In this document: positions 1 to 10,454 of the stretch, one piece after another
How the letters are laid out: the number at the start of each line of letters is the position of its first letter
How positions within the stretch are numbered: the stretch's first letter is position 1
Assembly (NCBI GenBank): GCA_050260375.1
Contig: JBLNCA010000006.1
Location: 128,250-192,249 of the forward strand
Length of the DNA stretch: 64,000 nt
Direction of reading: 5' to 3'
From: Burkholderiales bacterium
Lineage (GTDB): Bacteria > Bacillota > Clostridia > Christensenellales > SZUA-584
The notes under the pieces: model-generated
The model's database searches: none
Seen by the model: the letters and a program-made list of their open reading frames with translations, nothing else
What the model was told of the DNA's origin: nothing
Position numbers and translations under genes: made by a program

Positions 1-788
1 ATATATACGCCGCCGGGCTTTAAGTACTTCGCCGCGCCTGCATTAAGCCGTATGATTATATCCGCTATTATATTGGATGTTATAACGTCGTATTTGCCGC
101 CGCTCGCGTTTGCAAGCAGGTCGGACTTTTTCGCGGTAAGCACTGACACACCGTTCGCTGCCGCGTTTTCTTCGGTGACCTTTACGGACACCGGGTCGTT
201 GTCGAGCGCGAGCACTTTTTTTGCGCCCAGCTTTGCGCACGCTATGCCGAGTATGCCCGAGCCGCAGCCTATGTCCAGCACGTCCGCGCCCGCGGGCATG
301 TATTTTTGTATCAGCTCAAGGCACATCCTTGTGGTCTCATGCACGCCCGAGCCGAAAGCCATTCCGGGGTCTATCTCCAATACCGTCTCGCCGGGCTTTG
401 ATTCGTACTGCTCCCACGAAGGCTTTACTATTATGTTACCCGCGGCCCTGAACGTCGTAAAATGCTTTTTGAAATTCTCGTTCCAGTCGGTATCCTCAAT
501 TTTTTTGACTGTCAATTCAAGCGTGCCCGTATCGCACGCCGCAGTTTTAAGCGACTCCAAACCGTCGCGTATGGACCGCAATGTTTCGTCAAAGCCGTCT
601 TCGCCGTAATAGGCTTTAACCGTAACCTTGCTAGGTGAATATTCGCCCAGCCGGTACTCATCGTACGCTGCGGGAAGCGCGCTGCCGCCCGCTATCTCCA
701 CGCCGCCCGCGCCCGCGTCAAGCAGCACCGACGACACCAGATCGGCGGCTTCTTCGGCCGTTTCCACGCAAACCTGGTTCCAATACAT
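1..788 (-). CDS. prmA: ribosomal protein L11 methyltransferase (3' end runs off the window)
   Basis: Absent from the ORF track because it is open at the window edge. My translation from ATG 788-786 reads [18 protein letters not shown]...ADVLDIGCGSGILGIACAKLGAKKVLALDNDP, with a SAM-binding GxGxG motif. The ATG shares one base with the dnaJ TGA. The dnaJ-prmA order is common in Firmicutes. Confidence 0.85.
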   Translation of the reverse strand, partial: MYWNQVCVETAEEAADLVSSVLLDAGAGGVEIAGGSALPAAYDEYRLGEYSPSKVTVKAYYGEDGFDETLRSIRDGLESLKTAACDTGTLELTVKKIEDTDWNENFKKHFTTFRAAGNIIVKPSWEQYESKPGETVLEIDPGMAFGSGVHETTRMCLELIQKYMPAGADVLDIGCGSGILGIACAKLGAKKVLALDNDPVSVKVTEENAAANGVSVLTAKKSDLLANASGGKYDVITSNIIADIIIRLNAGAAKYLKPGGVY

Positions 789-1900
789 CAAAAGTTACCC
801 ATTACCCTTTCGAAGAAGCTTTTTTTGTCCTTCATTGATTTGTCGAACTCGCGAAGCAGCGTCTTTTGCTTTTCGCTAAGCTTTTTAGGCACTTCGACTA
901 TTATCTTGACGTACAGGCTGCCCTTCTTTGTGGAGTGCAGGTGCTGTATGCCCTTATCCTTAAGCCGGAACACCGTGCCCGTCTGCGTACCCTCGCTGAT
1001 CCTGTACTTTGCCTTTCCCTCCAGCGTAGGCACGACAAGCTCTGCGCCAAGCGCCGCGTCCACAAACGACACGGGCATCTCGAGATAAAGGTCGTACCCT
1101 TCGCGCGTAAAAAACTTGTGCGGCTCGACGTATATATATATCTGAAGGTCGCCCGGCGAGCCGCCGCGCTGGCCTGCGCCGCCCTCGCCGCGAAGCGTTA
1201 TAATCTGCCCGTTGTCTATGCCCGCGGGTATGCTTACCTTCAGCTTTTTAGGCTTTCTCAGTATGCCGCGTCCGCCGCACTCAGGGCAGGGGTCTTTTAT
1301 TATCGTTCCCTTTCCCCCGCAATCCGGGCAGTCAATGACGTTAATAAAGCTGCCGAAAGCCGTGCTGCGCTGCTGCCTTATCTGGCCGGTGCCGCCGCAT
1401 GCAGCGCACCGCTTTGGCTCCGTTCCCGGCTTCGCTCCCGTGCCGCCGCACGTTTCGCACGTAACGTCCTTGTTAAGCTGTATTTCCTTCGACGTTCCAA
1501 AAGCCGCTTCCTCGAACGATATTGTCATTTCCATGCGAAGGTCGGAACCGCGCACCGGCCCGTTCCTTTGCCGAGTACTTCTCCCGCCGCCGAAAAACGA
1601 ATCGAATATGTCGCCGAACCCGAACCCGCTCATGAAGTCCTCGAAACCGAATCCGGCGCCTCCGGCGGAAGGGTCGAACGCCGCGTGCCCGAACGTGTCG
1701 TACTGCTGCCTCTTGTGTTCGTCGCTCAATACAGAATAAGCTTCGCTTGCCTCTTTAAACTTCTCCGCCGCTTCCTCTTTGTTTTCATTGACATCGGGAT
1801 GATATTGTTTTGCGAGTTTCCGGTACGCCTTTTTTATCTCGTCAGCCGTAGCGTTTCTGGATACGCCCAGAACCTCGTAATAGTCTCTTTTCTCCGCCAA
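788..1900 (-). CDS. dnaJ: molecular chaperone DnaJ
   Basis: 370 aa with a J-domain HPD motif (QYHPDVN) and a G/F-rich linker. Four CxxCxGxG zinc repeats are present ([32 protein letters not shown]). It follows dnaK. Confidence 0.97.
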   Translation of the reverse strand: MAEKRDYYEVLGVSRNATADEIKKAYRKLAKQYHPDVNENKEEAAEKFKEASEAYSVLSDEHKRQQYDTFGHAAFDPSAGGAGFGFEDFMSGFGFGDIFDSFFGGGRSTRQRNGPVRGSDLRMEMTISFEEAAFGTSKEIQLNKDVTCETCGGTGAKPGTEPKRCAACGGTGQIRQQRSTAFGSFINVIDCPDCGGKGTIIKDPCPECGGRGILRKPKKLKVSIPAGIDNGQIITLRGEGGAGQRGGSPGDLQIYIYVEPHKFFTREGYDLYLEMPVSFVDAALGAELVVPTLEGKAKYRISEGTQTGTVFRLKDKGIQHLHSTKKGSLYVKIIVEVPKKLSEKQKTLLREFDKSMKDKKSFFERVMGNF

Positions 1901-1940
1901 AATATCAGCACCGCCTAAACCTAATTATTATCAAACAAGT

Positions 1941-1966
1941 TCCCCCGTAAAGCCATAGGCTTTGGT
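1941..1966. repeat. short GC-clamped hairpin (CCCCCGTAAAGCC-ATA-GGCTTTGG), similar to the hairpin at 63790-63816
   Basis: The plus strand has a TAAAGCC/GGCTTTG stem preceded by a C-run. Compare CCCCATAAAGC-TTTC-GGCTTTAT at 63790-63816. Confidence 0.35.
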
Positions 1967-2003
1967 ATGGCGTCACGGGTCTTGAAAATCAAAGCTTTAA
2001 AAG

Positions 2004-2053
2004 TGTATTACACCCCAAAAGCCAAAGCGGCATGCCGCTCTGGCTTTTGTACA
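2004..2053 (-). repeat. diverged member or relative of the GGGGTCCCC hairpin repeat family (3' half only)
   Basis: The minus strand reads GTACAAAAGCC-AGAGCGGCATGCCGCTT-TGGCTTTTGGGGTGTAATAC. The 3' part GGCTTTTGGGGTGTAAT matches the 3' ends of the copies at 52712-52837. The 5' GGGGTCCCC box is absent. Confidence 0.35.
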
Positions 2054-2082
2054 AGGAGTAAAAAACTTATTTCCGTATTATA

Positions 2083-3936
2083 TTATTCTTGTTTCTTGTC
2101 GTCGTCAACAACTTCGTATTCGGCGTCGACAACGTCGTCCTTGGGCTTTGTCTCGCCCGCGCCGCCGGGGCCTCCGCCCATGTTGGCCGCGTTGGCCTGG
2201 GCGTTTGCCTGCTGGTAGACCTTGCCGAAGACGTCGTAAGACACCTGAGAGAGCTTATCCGCCGCGGCTTTTATAGCGGCGCTGTCGTTGCCCGCAAGCG
2301 CGCTTCTCACATTGGAGATCTCGGCTTCAATCTTGGCTTTATCCTCGCTGCTCACCTTGCCGCCCAGGTCTTTGAGCGTCTTCTCGGTCTGGAAAACAAG
2401 CGCATCCGCGTTGTTCCTTATTTCGACTTTTTCTTTTTCCTTCCTGTCGGCTTCGGCGAACTTTTCGGCTTCCTTTACCGCTTTGTCGATGTCTTCCTTC
2501 GACATGTTCGTCGAGGCGGTTATCGTTACTTTCTGCTCGTTGCCCGTTCCAAGGTCTTTAGCCGACACGTGAACGATGCCGTTTGCGTCGATATCGAACG
2601 TTACCTCTATCTGCGGCACTCCTCTCGGAGCCGGAGGTATGCCCGTAAGGTTGAACCTGCCTAAAGTCTTGTTATGTGCCGCCATCTCGCGCTCGCCCTG
2701 CAGCACGTGTATTTCGACGCTGGTCTGGCCGTCGGCTGCCGTTGAGAATACCTGGCTCTTCTTTGTAGGTATCGTCGTGTTGCGGTCGATAAGCTTTGTG
2801 AACACGCCGCCCAGCGTTTCGATGCCGAGCGAGAGCGGAGTGACGTCGAGAAGAACGATGTCGTTGACCTCGCCGCCTATAACGCCCGCCTGAATAGCTG
2901 CGCCGATAGCAACGCACTCGTCAGGGTTGATGCCCTTAAACGGGTCTTTGCCAGTCAGGGATTTTACTTTCTCCTGAACTGCGGGTATTCTTGTCGATCC
3001 GCCGACGAGTATAACCTTCGAAAGGTCGGAAGCGGTTATGCCCGCGTCCGCCATAGCCCTTTTCGTGGGCTCTACTGTCGCCTCCACAAGGTCGGCCGTA
3101 AGCTCGTCAAATTTGGCTCTCGTGAGCGTCATATCAAGGTGCTTCGGGCCTGTCGCGTCCGCAGTTATGAACGGCAGGTTTATGCTCGCCTGAAGCATGC
3201 CGGATAATTCTATCTTTGCCTTCTCCGCCGCTTCCTTTATGCGCTGCATTGCCATCCTGTCCTTCGAGATGTCTATGCCGCTCGTTTTCCTGAACTCGGA
3301 TACTATGTAATCCATTACCCTCTGGTCAAAGTCGTCGCCTCCGAGTCGCGTATTGCCGTTGGTCGCGAGCACTTCAAACACGCCGTCGCCTATCTCGAGT
3401 ATCGAGACGTCGAACGTGCCGCCGCCCAGGTCATATACGAGTATCTTCTGGTCCCCTTCCCTGTCTATTCCGTAAGCAAGCGAAGCGGCAGTAGGCTCGT
3501 TTATTATCCTCTGCACGTTGAGCCCCGCTATCTTGCCGGCGTCTTTCGTCGCCTGCCTCTGGCTGTCCGAAAAGTAAGCGGGTACGGTTATCACCGCTTC
3601 GGTAACCGGTTCGCCCAGGTAACTTTCCGCGTCGGCTTTGAGCTTCTGGAGTATCATGGCCGATATTTCCTGAGGCGTGTATTCCTTATTATCTATCCTA
3701 ACCTTCCTGTCGGTGCCCATGTCTCTTTTTATTGAAGCGATGGTCCTGTCGGGGTTGGTTATTGCCTGGTTTTTCGCCACCTTGCCGACCAGACGTTCTC
3801 CTGTATTTGTAAACGCCACCACGGAAGGCGTGGTTCTGCTCCCTTCAGCGTTTGGTATGACAGTAGGTTCGCCGCCTTCCATTACGGCAACGCATGAGTT
3901 CGTTGTTCCAAGGTCTATTCCTATTATCTTACCCAT
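2083..3936 (-). CDS. dnaK: molecular chaperone DnaK (Hsp70)
   Basis: 617 aa with Hsp70 signatures [16 protein letters not shown] and VGGSTRIP. Context is grpE-dnaK-dnaJ. Confidence 0.99.
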   Translation of the reverse strand: MGKIIGIDLGTTNSCVAVMEGGEPTVIPNAEGSRTTPSVVAFTNTGERLVGKVAKNQAITNPDRTIASIKRDMGTDRKVRIDNKEYTPQEISAMILQKLKADAESYLGEPVTEAVITVPAYFSDSQRQATKDAGKIAGLNVQRIINEPTAASLAYGIDREGDQKILVYDLGGGTFDVSILEIGDGVFEVLATNGNTRLGGDDFDQRVMDYIVSEFRKTSGIDISKDRMAMQRIKEAAEKAKIELSGMLQASINLPFITADATGPKHLDMTLTRAKFDELTADLVEATVEPTKRAMADAGITASDLSKVILVGGSTRIPAVQEKVKSLTGKDPFKGINPDECVAIGAAIQAGVIGGEVNDIVLLDVTPLSLGIETLGGVFTKLIDRNTTIPTKKSQVFSTAADGQTSVEIHVLQGEREMAAHNKTLGRFNLTGIPPAPRGVPQIEVTFDIDANGIVHVSAKDLGTGNEQKVTITASTNMSKEDIDKAVKEAEKFAEADRKEKEKVEIRNNADALVFQTEKTLKDLGGKVSSEDKAKIEAEISNVRSALAGNDSAAIKAAADKLSQVSYDVFGKVYQQANAQANAANMGGGPGGAGETKPKDDVVDAEYEVVDDDKKQE

Positions 3937-3965
3937 AGTTGTTATCCTCCTATAAAAAATATATA

Positions 3966-4592
3966 TTATTTATTTACGATTACCATGCTGTGACGCAGTA
4001 TATGATCGTCCAGCATGTACCCTTTAAGAGCTACCGCAGCCACCGTTCCCGGAGCCTGGCCGTCCTGTGCTTCCACCTGCTGTATAGCCTCGTGAACGTT
4101 GGGGTCAAATTCGCACCCGAGCGCCGGTATCTCCTTTACTCCCAGCGACGCCAATACGTCTTTAAGCTGCTTATATACCATCAATACGCCTTTTGCGAAC
4201 GGGTCGTCGCTGTTCTCGTCCGTATGCTCGAGCGCGCGCTCGAGGTTATCGACTACGGGCAGAATCTTTCCAATTGCTTCGCAGGTTCCTGCCTTCATGG
4301 CCTGAGCGGCAAGCGCCTGATTGCGCTTTTTGTAATTGTTGTAGTCGCTGAACGTACGCTGATAGCTGTCCTTATAAGAATCTCTTTCCTCTATCGCATC
4401 GGCGAGCGCTTTTTCAAGCTTCGCTATTTCCTTGTTCTTTTTATGATTTTCCTTGCCGTTTTCTTTTATGCTGTCTTTTACTGGCTGCTCGTTTGTTTCC
4501 GCCGCGCCGTTATCGGCTTCGCCGTGTTCCACCGAGTTCTCCATGTCGTATTCCGACTTAACGTCTCTTTTCGCGTTGTTGTCGTCATTCAA
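3966..4592 (-). CDS. grpE: nucleotide exchange factor GrpE
   Basis: 208 aa with an acidic N-terminus, a coiled-coil region and a GrpE C-terminal pattern ([14 protein letters not shown]). It lies between hrcA and dnaK. Confidence 0.95.
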   Translation of the reverse strand: MNDDNNAKRDVKSEYDMENSVEHGEADNGAAETNEQPVKDSIKENGKENHKKNKEIAKLEKALADAIEERDSYKDSYQRTFSDYNNYKKRNQALAAQAMKAGTCEAIGKILPVVDNLERALEHTDENSDDPFAKGVLMVYKQLKDVLASLGVKEIPALGCEFDPNVHEAIQQVEAQDGQAPGTVAAVALKGYMLDDHILRHSMVIVNK

Positions 4593-4610
4593 ATTGTTTC
4601 ACCGCCTTTT

Positions 4611-5654
4611 TTATTTATCATCCGTCTCCAGAAAATTAGATAATATGCTGTTGAGGCTGCTGCTCACATGACCGAGTATCGAAAAGACCTTGGCGTAGTC
4701 CATTCTCGTGGGGCCGATAACTCCGAACGAGCCGAGCGTATTTCCGCCTACCTTGTAGGTTGCCGTAACTACGCTCATTTCAGACAATTCCTCGGCCTGG
4801 TTTTCCCGCCCTATAGTCACCGAAAATTCAAAGCTCGTAGCTTTCTTCATCATGTCGTACAGCAGGTCTTTTGCGTCGAGCAGCGCGAGGAAATTCCTTG
4901 TCTTCTCCACGCTCATATATTCCGGGTAGTCTATAATGTTTTGCGTCCCGCCGACAACTATGCCCTTTTCGCCCTGAGGCTCTACGCTCATGTCAATAGC
5001 GTTCATTAAATCGGTAATGAATTCGCTGTTGACGCAGGCTTGTTCGCGAAGGCAGCTTGCGAGATCCTTCTCCGCTTCTTCCAGCGTCTTGCCCGACAGC
5101 TTGTCGGTCAAAAGGTTGGAGAGCATCTCTATGTCGCTTAACGTTATGCCTTCAGGCACGGTTATTACGGTATCGCTGACAAGCCCGGCATCCGTAACTA
5201 TAAGCAGTATTGCCTTGCGCTCCGTCAGCTTGACTAACTGTATGCGCTTGATGCCCGATTTCTTTAGCTGCGGACGCAGCACCATTGATATATGGTGCGT
5301 AGTGTCCGACAGAGCCTGAGCCGCTTTTTCGATCACCTGACCGACCTCCGCCATCCTCTGCTCGAAATACCGCTTTATCCTGTTGGCTTCCGCGGGGTTG
5401 AGCTTTGCCACCTTCATAAGCCTGTCTACATAAAACCTGTAAGCCTTCTGCGAAGGTATGCGGCCCGCCGACGTATGCGGCTGCTCCAAAAAGCCGAGCT
5501 CTTCAAGGTCGGCCATCTCGTTGCGTATAGTCGCCGAGCTTAACTCAATCCCGTGTTTCCTGGAGATCGTCCTGGAGCCGATCGGGAGTCCGGTCATGAT
5601 ATAATCGTCGACGACTGCTTTTAAAATACCGAGCTTCCTTTCATTTAATTCCAT
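4611..5654 (-). CDS. hrcA: heat-inducible transcription repressor HrcA
   Basis: I moved the start to ATG 5654 (MELNERKLGILKAVVDDYIMTGLPIGSRTISRK...), which has a GGAGACTGGT spacer after the SD. The longer track ORF would read through the CIRCE operator. It is the first gene of the dnaK operon. Confidence 0.95.
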   Translation of the reverse strand: MELNERKLGILKAVVDDYIMTGLPIGSRTISRKHGIELSSATIRNEMADLEELGFLEQPHTSAGRIPSQKAYRFYVDRLMKVAKLNPAEANRIKRYFEQRMAEVGQVIEKAAQALSDTTHHISMVLRPQLKKSGIKRIQLVKLTERKAILLIVTDAGLVSDTVITVPEGITLSDIEMLSNLLTDKLSGKTLEEAEKDLASCLREQACVNSEFITDLMNAIDMSVEPQGEKGIVVGGTQNIIDYPEYMSVEKTRNFLALLDAKDLLYDMMKKATSFEFSVTIGRENQAEELSEMSVVTATYKVGGNTLGSFGVIGPTRMDYAKVFSILGHVSSSLNSILSNFLETDDK

Positions 5655-5692
5655 ACCAGTCTCCTTTTTCGCTAGACCAGTCTCCTTTTTTG

Positions 5693-5719
5693 TTAGCACT
5701 CGCATTAAACGAGTGCTAA
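5693..5719 (-). promoter_or_regulatory. CIRCE operator (HrcA binding site)
   Basis: Perfect inverted repeat TTAGCACTC-N9-GAGTGCTAA (5693-5701 / 5711-5719), about 40 nt upstream of the hrcA start. Confidence 0.92.
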
Positions 5720-5776
5720 CATCTAGGTATATAGATAACACTTTTTAACTATAAAGTCAATACCGCGAGCCGCAAT

Positions 5777-6907
5777 TCATAGTATTTTTAAAAATTCGCT
5801 GATAAGAGTATTCTGAAGGTCAAAGCCTTTCAATGTAGGATAAATGCCGTATTCGTCCCGGGTTATCAGCCCCGCCGCAAGCGAATATTCAACAGGCGCG
5901 CCGAACGTTTTTTCGAAATCCATATTAAAGCGTGAGTTGAAATCGCAAAATATTATCCCACGCTTAAGCCGCAGGCGCAGCATTATATATTCCGTTATCT
6001 CGTCCTTATTAGAAATCGCGGAAACCTCGCCGACGGGCTTTTCCCCGTTTTCGACGCTTTTTATATATTCATGTATATCTTCGGTGTTGGCAAAGCGCTG
6101 CCTGTATTTATACGTAATATACGAATGGGCCGCGACTCCCAGCCCTAAGTACTCTTCTCCCGTCCAGTATTTTAAATTGTGCATGCACTCAAAGTCCGGC
6201 CTTGCGAAATTTGAAGTCTCGTAATGCGTATACCCGGCGCCGCAGAGCATCGCGGCCGCCGCATGGTACATCTCCCTGTCGGTATCCTCGTTTGCCCCTT
6301 TATACGTTTCATATAGCTTTGTGCCCTCTTCGAGCTTTAAGCTGTACGCGGATACATGGGCCGGCAAGAGTTCTATAAGTTTGCCAATGGTGGTCATAAA
6401 ATTAGACTGCGTCTGCCCAGGCAGGCCGAATATAGTATCTGCGTTGATGTTGTCAAAATAGCGCCCGGCTGTTTCGTAAACGGACAGGAACTGCTCGAAC
6501 GTATGACGCCTGCCTATACTTTTGAGTATGCCGTTGTCGTGCGTCTGAAGCCCGAGGCTTAACCGGTTGATGCCGCAGGCTGCATATGCCGCAAGCTTTT
6601 CCTCGTCAAGCGTTTCGGGATTGGCCTCTATGGTGGCTTCGCAAAGCCCAAAATCGCAGACGGACTTTATGCCTTTAATCAGCTTTTCCATCTGCGCGGG
6701 CGATAAAAGAGAGGGCGTGCCCCCTCCTATGAACAGCGTATCAATTGTGTGGTCTTTTAAGTAATCGGAGTAAAGCCGCGCTTCGGCTATGAGCGCGCCG
6801 ATATAATCGTCCAATAACGCTTCGCAGCCCGGGAACGATACGAAATCACAGTAATGGCACTTTCGCCTGCAAAAAGGTATGTGTATGTAAAGTCCCAGAG
6901 GTTTCAT
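5777..6907 (-). CDS. hemW: radical SAM heme chaperone HemW (HemN-like, oxygen-independent coproporphyrinogen oxidase family)
   Basis: 376 aa with an N-terminal CxxxCxxC motif (FCRRKCHYCDF) and a HemN_C-like tail. It lies directly downstream of lepA, a conserved pairing. Confidence 0.85.
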   Translation of the reverse strand: MKPLGLYIHIPFCRRKCHYCDFVSFPGCEALLDDYIGALIAEARLYSDYLKDHTIDTLFIGGGTPSLLSPAQMEKLIKGIKSVCDFGLCEATIEANPETLDEEKLAAYAACGINRLSLGLQTHDNGILKSIGRRHTFEQFLSVYETAGRYFDNINADTIFGLPGQTQSNFMTTIGKLIELLPAHVSAYSLKLEEGTKLYETYKGANEDTDREMYHAAAAMLCGAGYTHYETSNFARPDFECMHNLKYWTGEEYLGLGVAAHSYITYKYRQRFANTEDIHEYIKSVENGEKPVGEVSAISNKDEITEYIMLRLRLKRGIIFCDFNSRFNMDFEKTFGAPVEYSLAAGLITRDEYGIYPTLKGFDLQNTLISEFLKIL

Positions 6908-8706
6908 CAGTCGGCCTTCAGCACGGAAATGAACGCTTCCGAAGGCACCTGCACGCTGCCTACCTGGCGCATGCGCTTTTTGCCTTCCTTCTGCTTTTCA
7001 AGCAGCTTCTTCTTTCTCGAAATATCGCCCCCATAGCATTTCGCGAGCACGTCCTTGCGCATAGCCTTCACCGTCTCGCGCGCAATTATCTTGCCGCCTA
7101 TCGCCGCCTGTATGGGTATCTCGAACATCTGTCTCGGTATTACCTCTTTGAGCTTTTCTGCTATGCTCCTGCCGCGGGCGTACGCCTTATCCTTATGCAC
7201 TATTATCGAGAGCGCGTCGCACATCTCGCCGTTCAAAAGTATGTCAAGCCGCACGAGGTCGCTTTTCGCATAGCCTTTGAGTTCGTAATCCAGCGAAGCG
7301 TATCCGCGCGTGCGCGATTTAAGAATATCAAAAAAATCGTATATTATCTCGTTTAGGGGAAGGTCGTAATGTATCAGCACGCGCGTTTCCTCTATATACT
7401 CCATGTTTTTGAACACGCCGCGCTTCTCCTGGCACAAATCCATTATAGCGCCTACATATTCGTCGGGCGACATAATCGTAGCCGCGGCGATGGGCTCTTC
7501 CATGTAGTCGATGGAGACTGCGGGCGGCAGGCTTGTGGGGTTATCGACGTTAAGCGTCTCGCCCTTTACAGTCGTTACGCGGTAGCTGACGCTGGGCGCG
7601 GTAGTCACGAGATCGAGGTCGTATTCCCTTTCGAGCCGCTCCTGTATTATCTCCATATGAAGCAGCCCTAAAAAACCGCACCTGAAGCCAAAGCCGAGCG
7701 CAACCGAAGTCTCGGGCTCGTATACGAGCGAAGCGTCGTTTAATTCGAGCTTTGCAAGCGCGTCGCGCAGGTCTCCGTATTTCGCGCCGTCTGCGGGATA
7801 AATGCCGCAGAATACCATAGGAGTCACGTGCTTATAGCCGGGCAGCGGCTCGGACGCGCCGTTTTCCGCGTTCGTAATAGTATCGCCTACGCGAGTGTCC
7901 GAAACGTTTTTTACGCTGGCCGCAATGTAGCCAACCTCCCCAGTCGAAAGCGACTGCGTAGCCAAAGGCGCCGGAAGGAAAACTCCCACCTCGGTGACTT
8001 CGAAGCGTTTGCCGGCGGCCATAAACAGTATGCCGTCGCCCGCCTTTACGCTGCCATCCATTACGCGGATATAGCTTATCGCTCCCTTGTAGTTGTCGTA
8101 ATACGAATCGAAAATCAGCGCTTTTAGGGGCGCTTCGCTGTCGCCCTTGGGCGGCGGCAGATATTTTACTATAGCATCGAGCACGTAGCCTATGCCTATG
8201 CCTTCTTTAGCGCTTATCCTCGGGGCGTACGACGTATCGAGCCCAAGCACGTCCTCTATCTCTTTGCAAACCTCGTCCGGCCTCGCGGAAGGCAAATCTA
8301 TCTTGTTGATAACCGGCAGTATCTCCAAGTTGTTGTCCATCGCAAGGTACACGTTGGCGAGCGTCTGCGCCTCTATGCCCTGGCTCGCGTCCACTACGAG
8401 AATAGCCCCTTCGCACGCTGCCATGCTTCTCGAAACCTCGTAGGTAAAGTCTACGTGGCCGGGAGTGTCAATAAGGTTGAGCATGTACTCAACTCCTCCC
8501 GTTTCATAAAACATGCGCACGGCCTGCGATTTTATCGTTATTCCGCGCTCCTGCTCAAGCTCCATCGTGTCGAGTATCTGGTCGCGCATATCGCGCTGCG
8601 ACACAGTATTGGTAGCCTCAATAAGCCTGTCGGCCAGCGTGGACTTGCCGTGGTCTATATGCGCTATTATACAGAAATTCCTTATCCTATCGTTGCCCGA
8701 TGCCAT
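6907..8706 (-). CDS. lepA: translation elongation factor 4 (LepA)
   Basis: GTPase motifs [17 protein letters not shown] and NKID, plus a LepA-specific C-terminus. I moved the start to ATG 8706 ([11 protein letters not shown]), which has a GGAGGG SD 6 nt upstream. Confidence 0.97.
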   Translation of the reverse strand: MASGNDRIRNFCIIAHIDHGKSTLADRLIEATNTVSQRDMRDQILDTMELEQERGITIKSQAVRMFYETGGVEYMLNLIDTPGHVDFTYEVSRSMAACEGAILVVDASQGIEAQTLANVYLAMDNNLEILPVINKIDLPSARPDEVCKEIEDVLGLDTSYAPRISAKEGIGIGYVLDAIVKYLPPPKGDSEAPLKALIFDSYYDNYKGAISYIRVMDGSVKAGDGILFMAAGKRFEVTEVGVFLPAPLATQSLSTGEVGYIAASVKNVSDTRVGDTITNAENGASEPLPGYKHVTPMVFCGIYPADGAKYGDLRDALAKLELNDASLVYEPETSVALGFGFRCGFLGLLHMEIIQERLEREYDLDLVTTAPSVSYRVTTVKGETLNVDNPTSLPPAVSIDYMEEPIAAATIMSPDEYVGAIMDLCQEKRGVFKNMEYIEETRVLIHYDLPLNEIIYDFFDILKSRTRGYASLDYELKGYAKSDLVRLDILLNGEMCDALSIIVHKDKAYARGRSIAEKLKEVIPRQMFEIPIQAAIGGKIIARETVKAMRKDVLAKCYGGDISRKKKLLEKQKEGKKRMRQVGSVQVPSEAFISVLKAD

Positions 8707-8888
8707 ACTTACCCTCCGACGCCCTATAAGAATCCTTTTTAAGGACATATGAAAGCCATAAAATACAGAACTATAATATATAAAACATGCCTTAAATGCA
8801 ATTGTTTATTGGCGGCGCCGGGGTTAAGTGGTATTATTAAACATACGGTAACGCTGTTGTTTTGACTTGTTTTAAGGAGGCCTTGATT

Positions 8889-9503
8889 ATGAACGATATA
8901 GAGAAGACAATTGAATCGCTTAATAAAAAAGGGTTTAAGGCGGTGTACGCGAGAGACGCGCAGGCTGCTTTGGAACATGTGCTTGCCATTATAGGAAAGG
9001 ACGAGTCCGTAGGCGTGGGCGGCAGCATGACTGCAAAGGAGACGGGCATAGTTGACGCGCTGCAGAAAAGGGGCAACACGCTCTATTCGCACTGGATAGC
9101 AAAAAGCGAAGGGCTCGACGCCGATGAAGCAAGAAGAAATGCGATGACTGCCGATGTTTATCTTTCGTCAACGAACGCCGTGACGCTTCAGGGCGATCTT
9201 ATAAACATAGACGGCACGGGCAACAGGACTGCGGCAATGATATTCGGCCCCAAAAAAGTGGTTATTGTCGCGGGCAGAAACAAGATAACCACGAACCCAC
9301 ACACCGCCGTCGCAAGGATAAAGAGCGTTGCATGCCCTCAAAACGCGAGGCGTCTTGGCTTGAATACGCCGTGCGCTGCCGCGGGAAAATGCTCGGAATG
9401 CGACAGCCCCGAGCGTATGTGCAACGTTGTTACGCGTTTGCAGTACCCTACAACCGGCAAAGAGGTTCACGTAATTTTAATAGACGGGGATTTCGGTTAT
9501 TGA
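8889..9503 (+). CDS. LUD-domain (YkgG/LutC-like, DUF162) protein with a Cys-rich C-terminus
   Basis: One of only two plus-strand genes. ATG 8889 is preceded by an AAGGAGG SD. The sequence pattern GVGGSMT...LSSTNAVTLQGDLINIDGTGNR is typical of the LUD fold. The C-terminus is CPQNARRLGLNTPCAAAGKCSECDSPERMC. Confidence 0.6.
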   Translation: MNDIEKTIESLNKKGFKAVYARDAQAALEHVLAIIGKDESVGVGGSMTAKETGIVDALQKRGNTLYSHWIAKSEGLDADEARRNAMTADVYLSSTNAVTLQGDLINIDGTGNRTAAMIFGPKKVVIVAGRNKITTNPHTAVARIKSVACPQNARRLGLNTPCAAAGKCSECDSPERMCNVVTRLQYPTTGKEVHVILIDGDFGY

Positions 9504-9553
9504 CGGTCGCCCGATAAAGGCTTCATTGCTTAAAAGAAATAATATAAACGCAG

Positions 9554-10450
9554 CTATATGCTGGCAATATCGCGCTTTATTTGGGCCGCGAGCTCTTCCT
9601 TGCTTGCGAATTTCTTTTCGTCCCGTATGCGCTTGTTAAAGTATATTGTAACGTTCTGCCCGTAAAGGTCGGCGGACAGGCCGATTATATGAACTTCAAT
9701 AGTTTCTTTTACGCCGTTTGATACCGTGGGCTTGACGCCTATGTTGCATACGCCCTTGTATTCGCTGCCGCCGACGGCAACGCTTACGCTGTATACGCCG
9801 CGAAGCGGCAGTATCTTTTCCCTGTCGGCGGTGATGTTGGCCGTAGGAAAGCCGAGCTTGTTGCCGAGCCCCGTTCCTTTCTCCACCGTACCTGAAACGC
9901 TGTACCTGTAGCCTAATAGAGCGTTCGCGCGCTCTATGCCGCCCGCCGCTATGCATTCGCGTATGCGCGTCGAGCTTACCGGCTCGCCGTCAAATATAAC
10001 CGGAGGGATAATGACGACGTTGCAGCCGTGCTTCTCCGCGAAGCTTTTAAGCGTATCGGCATTGCCCTGAGCGTGACGACCGTACGTGTAGTTGTATCCC
10101 GCGACTATGTTTACCGGCGAAAACGTGTTTATTATAGTCGACGCGAACTCCGTTTTGTTTATGCCCGCAAATTTCCTGTCAAACCTTGCGATGCAAAGAT
10201 AGTCTATGCCGGCGTTGCAAAACGCTGCGGCCTTCTCCTCAAGAGTAAACAGATGAGAGGGTTTATGCTCGGCAAGAAACAGATCGCTGGGAAGCGAGTC
10301 GAACGTGAACACGGCGCTTTTCCCGCCGAACCCCAAAAGCGCGTTAATTAGCGCCATATGCCCTATATGCAGTCCGTCGAATGTGCCCAAGGCTATCGAA
10401 AGGCCGCAAAACTTTATGCGCCTTGCCTGCTCTAACGTTATTATCTCCAT
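9554..10450 (-). CDS. ribF: bifunctional riboflavin kinase / FMN adenylyltransferase
   Basis: 298 aa with an N-terminal nucleotidyltransferase motif (GTFDGLHIGH) and a C-terminal riboflavin kinase motif (LGFPTANI). It follows truB. Confidence 0.93.
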   Translation of the reverse strand: MEIITLEQARRIKFCGLSIALGTFDGLHIGHMALINALLGFGGKSAVFTFDSLPSDLFLAEHKPSHLFTLEEKAAAFCNAGIDYLCIARFDRKFAGINKTEFASTIINTFSPVNIVAGYNYTYGRHAQGNADTLKSFAEKHGCNVVIIPPVIFDGEPVSSTRIRECIAAGGIERANALLGYRYSVSGTVEKGTGLGNKLGFPTANITADREKILPLRGVYSVSVAVGGSEYKGVCNIGVKPTVSNGVKETIEVHIIGLSADLYGQNVTIYFNKRIRDEKKFASKEELAAQIKRDIASI

Positions 10451-10454
10451 ACCC

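Noticed and set aside
866-1918. 350-aa plus-strand ORF antisense to dnaJ. Similar long antisense ORFs occur opposite dnaK, lepA, infB, carB and others.
   Set aside because: It lies exactly opposite a highly conserved gene. Its composition is Arg/Leu/Ala/Tyr-rich and of low complexity. It has no SD and no recognisable motif. This is the usual shadow-ORF artefact of G+C-rich coding DNA.
5655-5741. N-terminal 29-aa extension of hrcA in the track ORF.
   Set aside because: It would translate through the CIRCE operator and the duplicated SD. The HrcA winged-helix N-terminus begins at ATG 5654.
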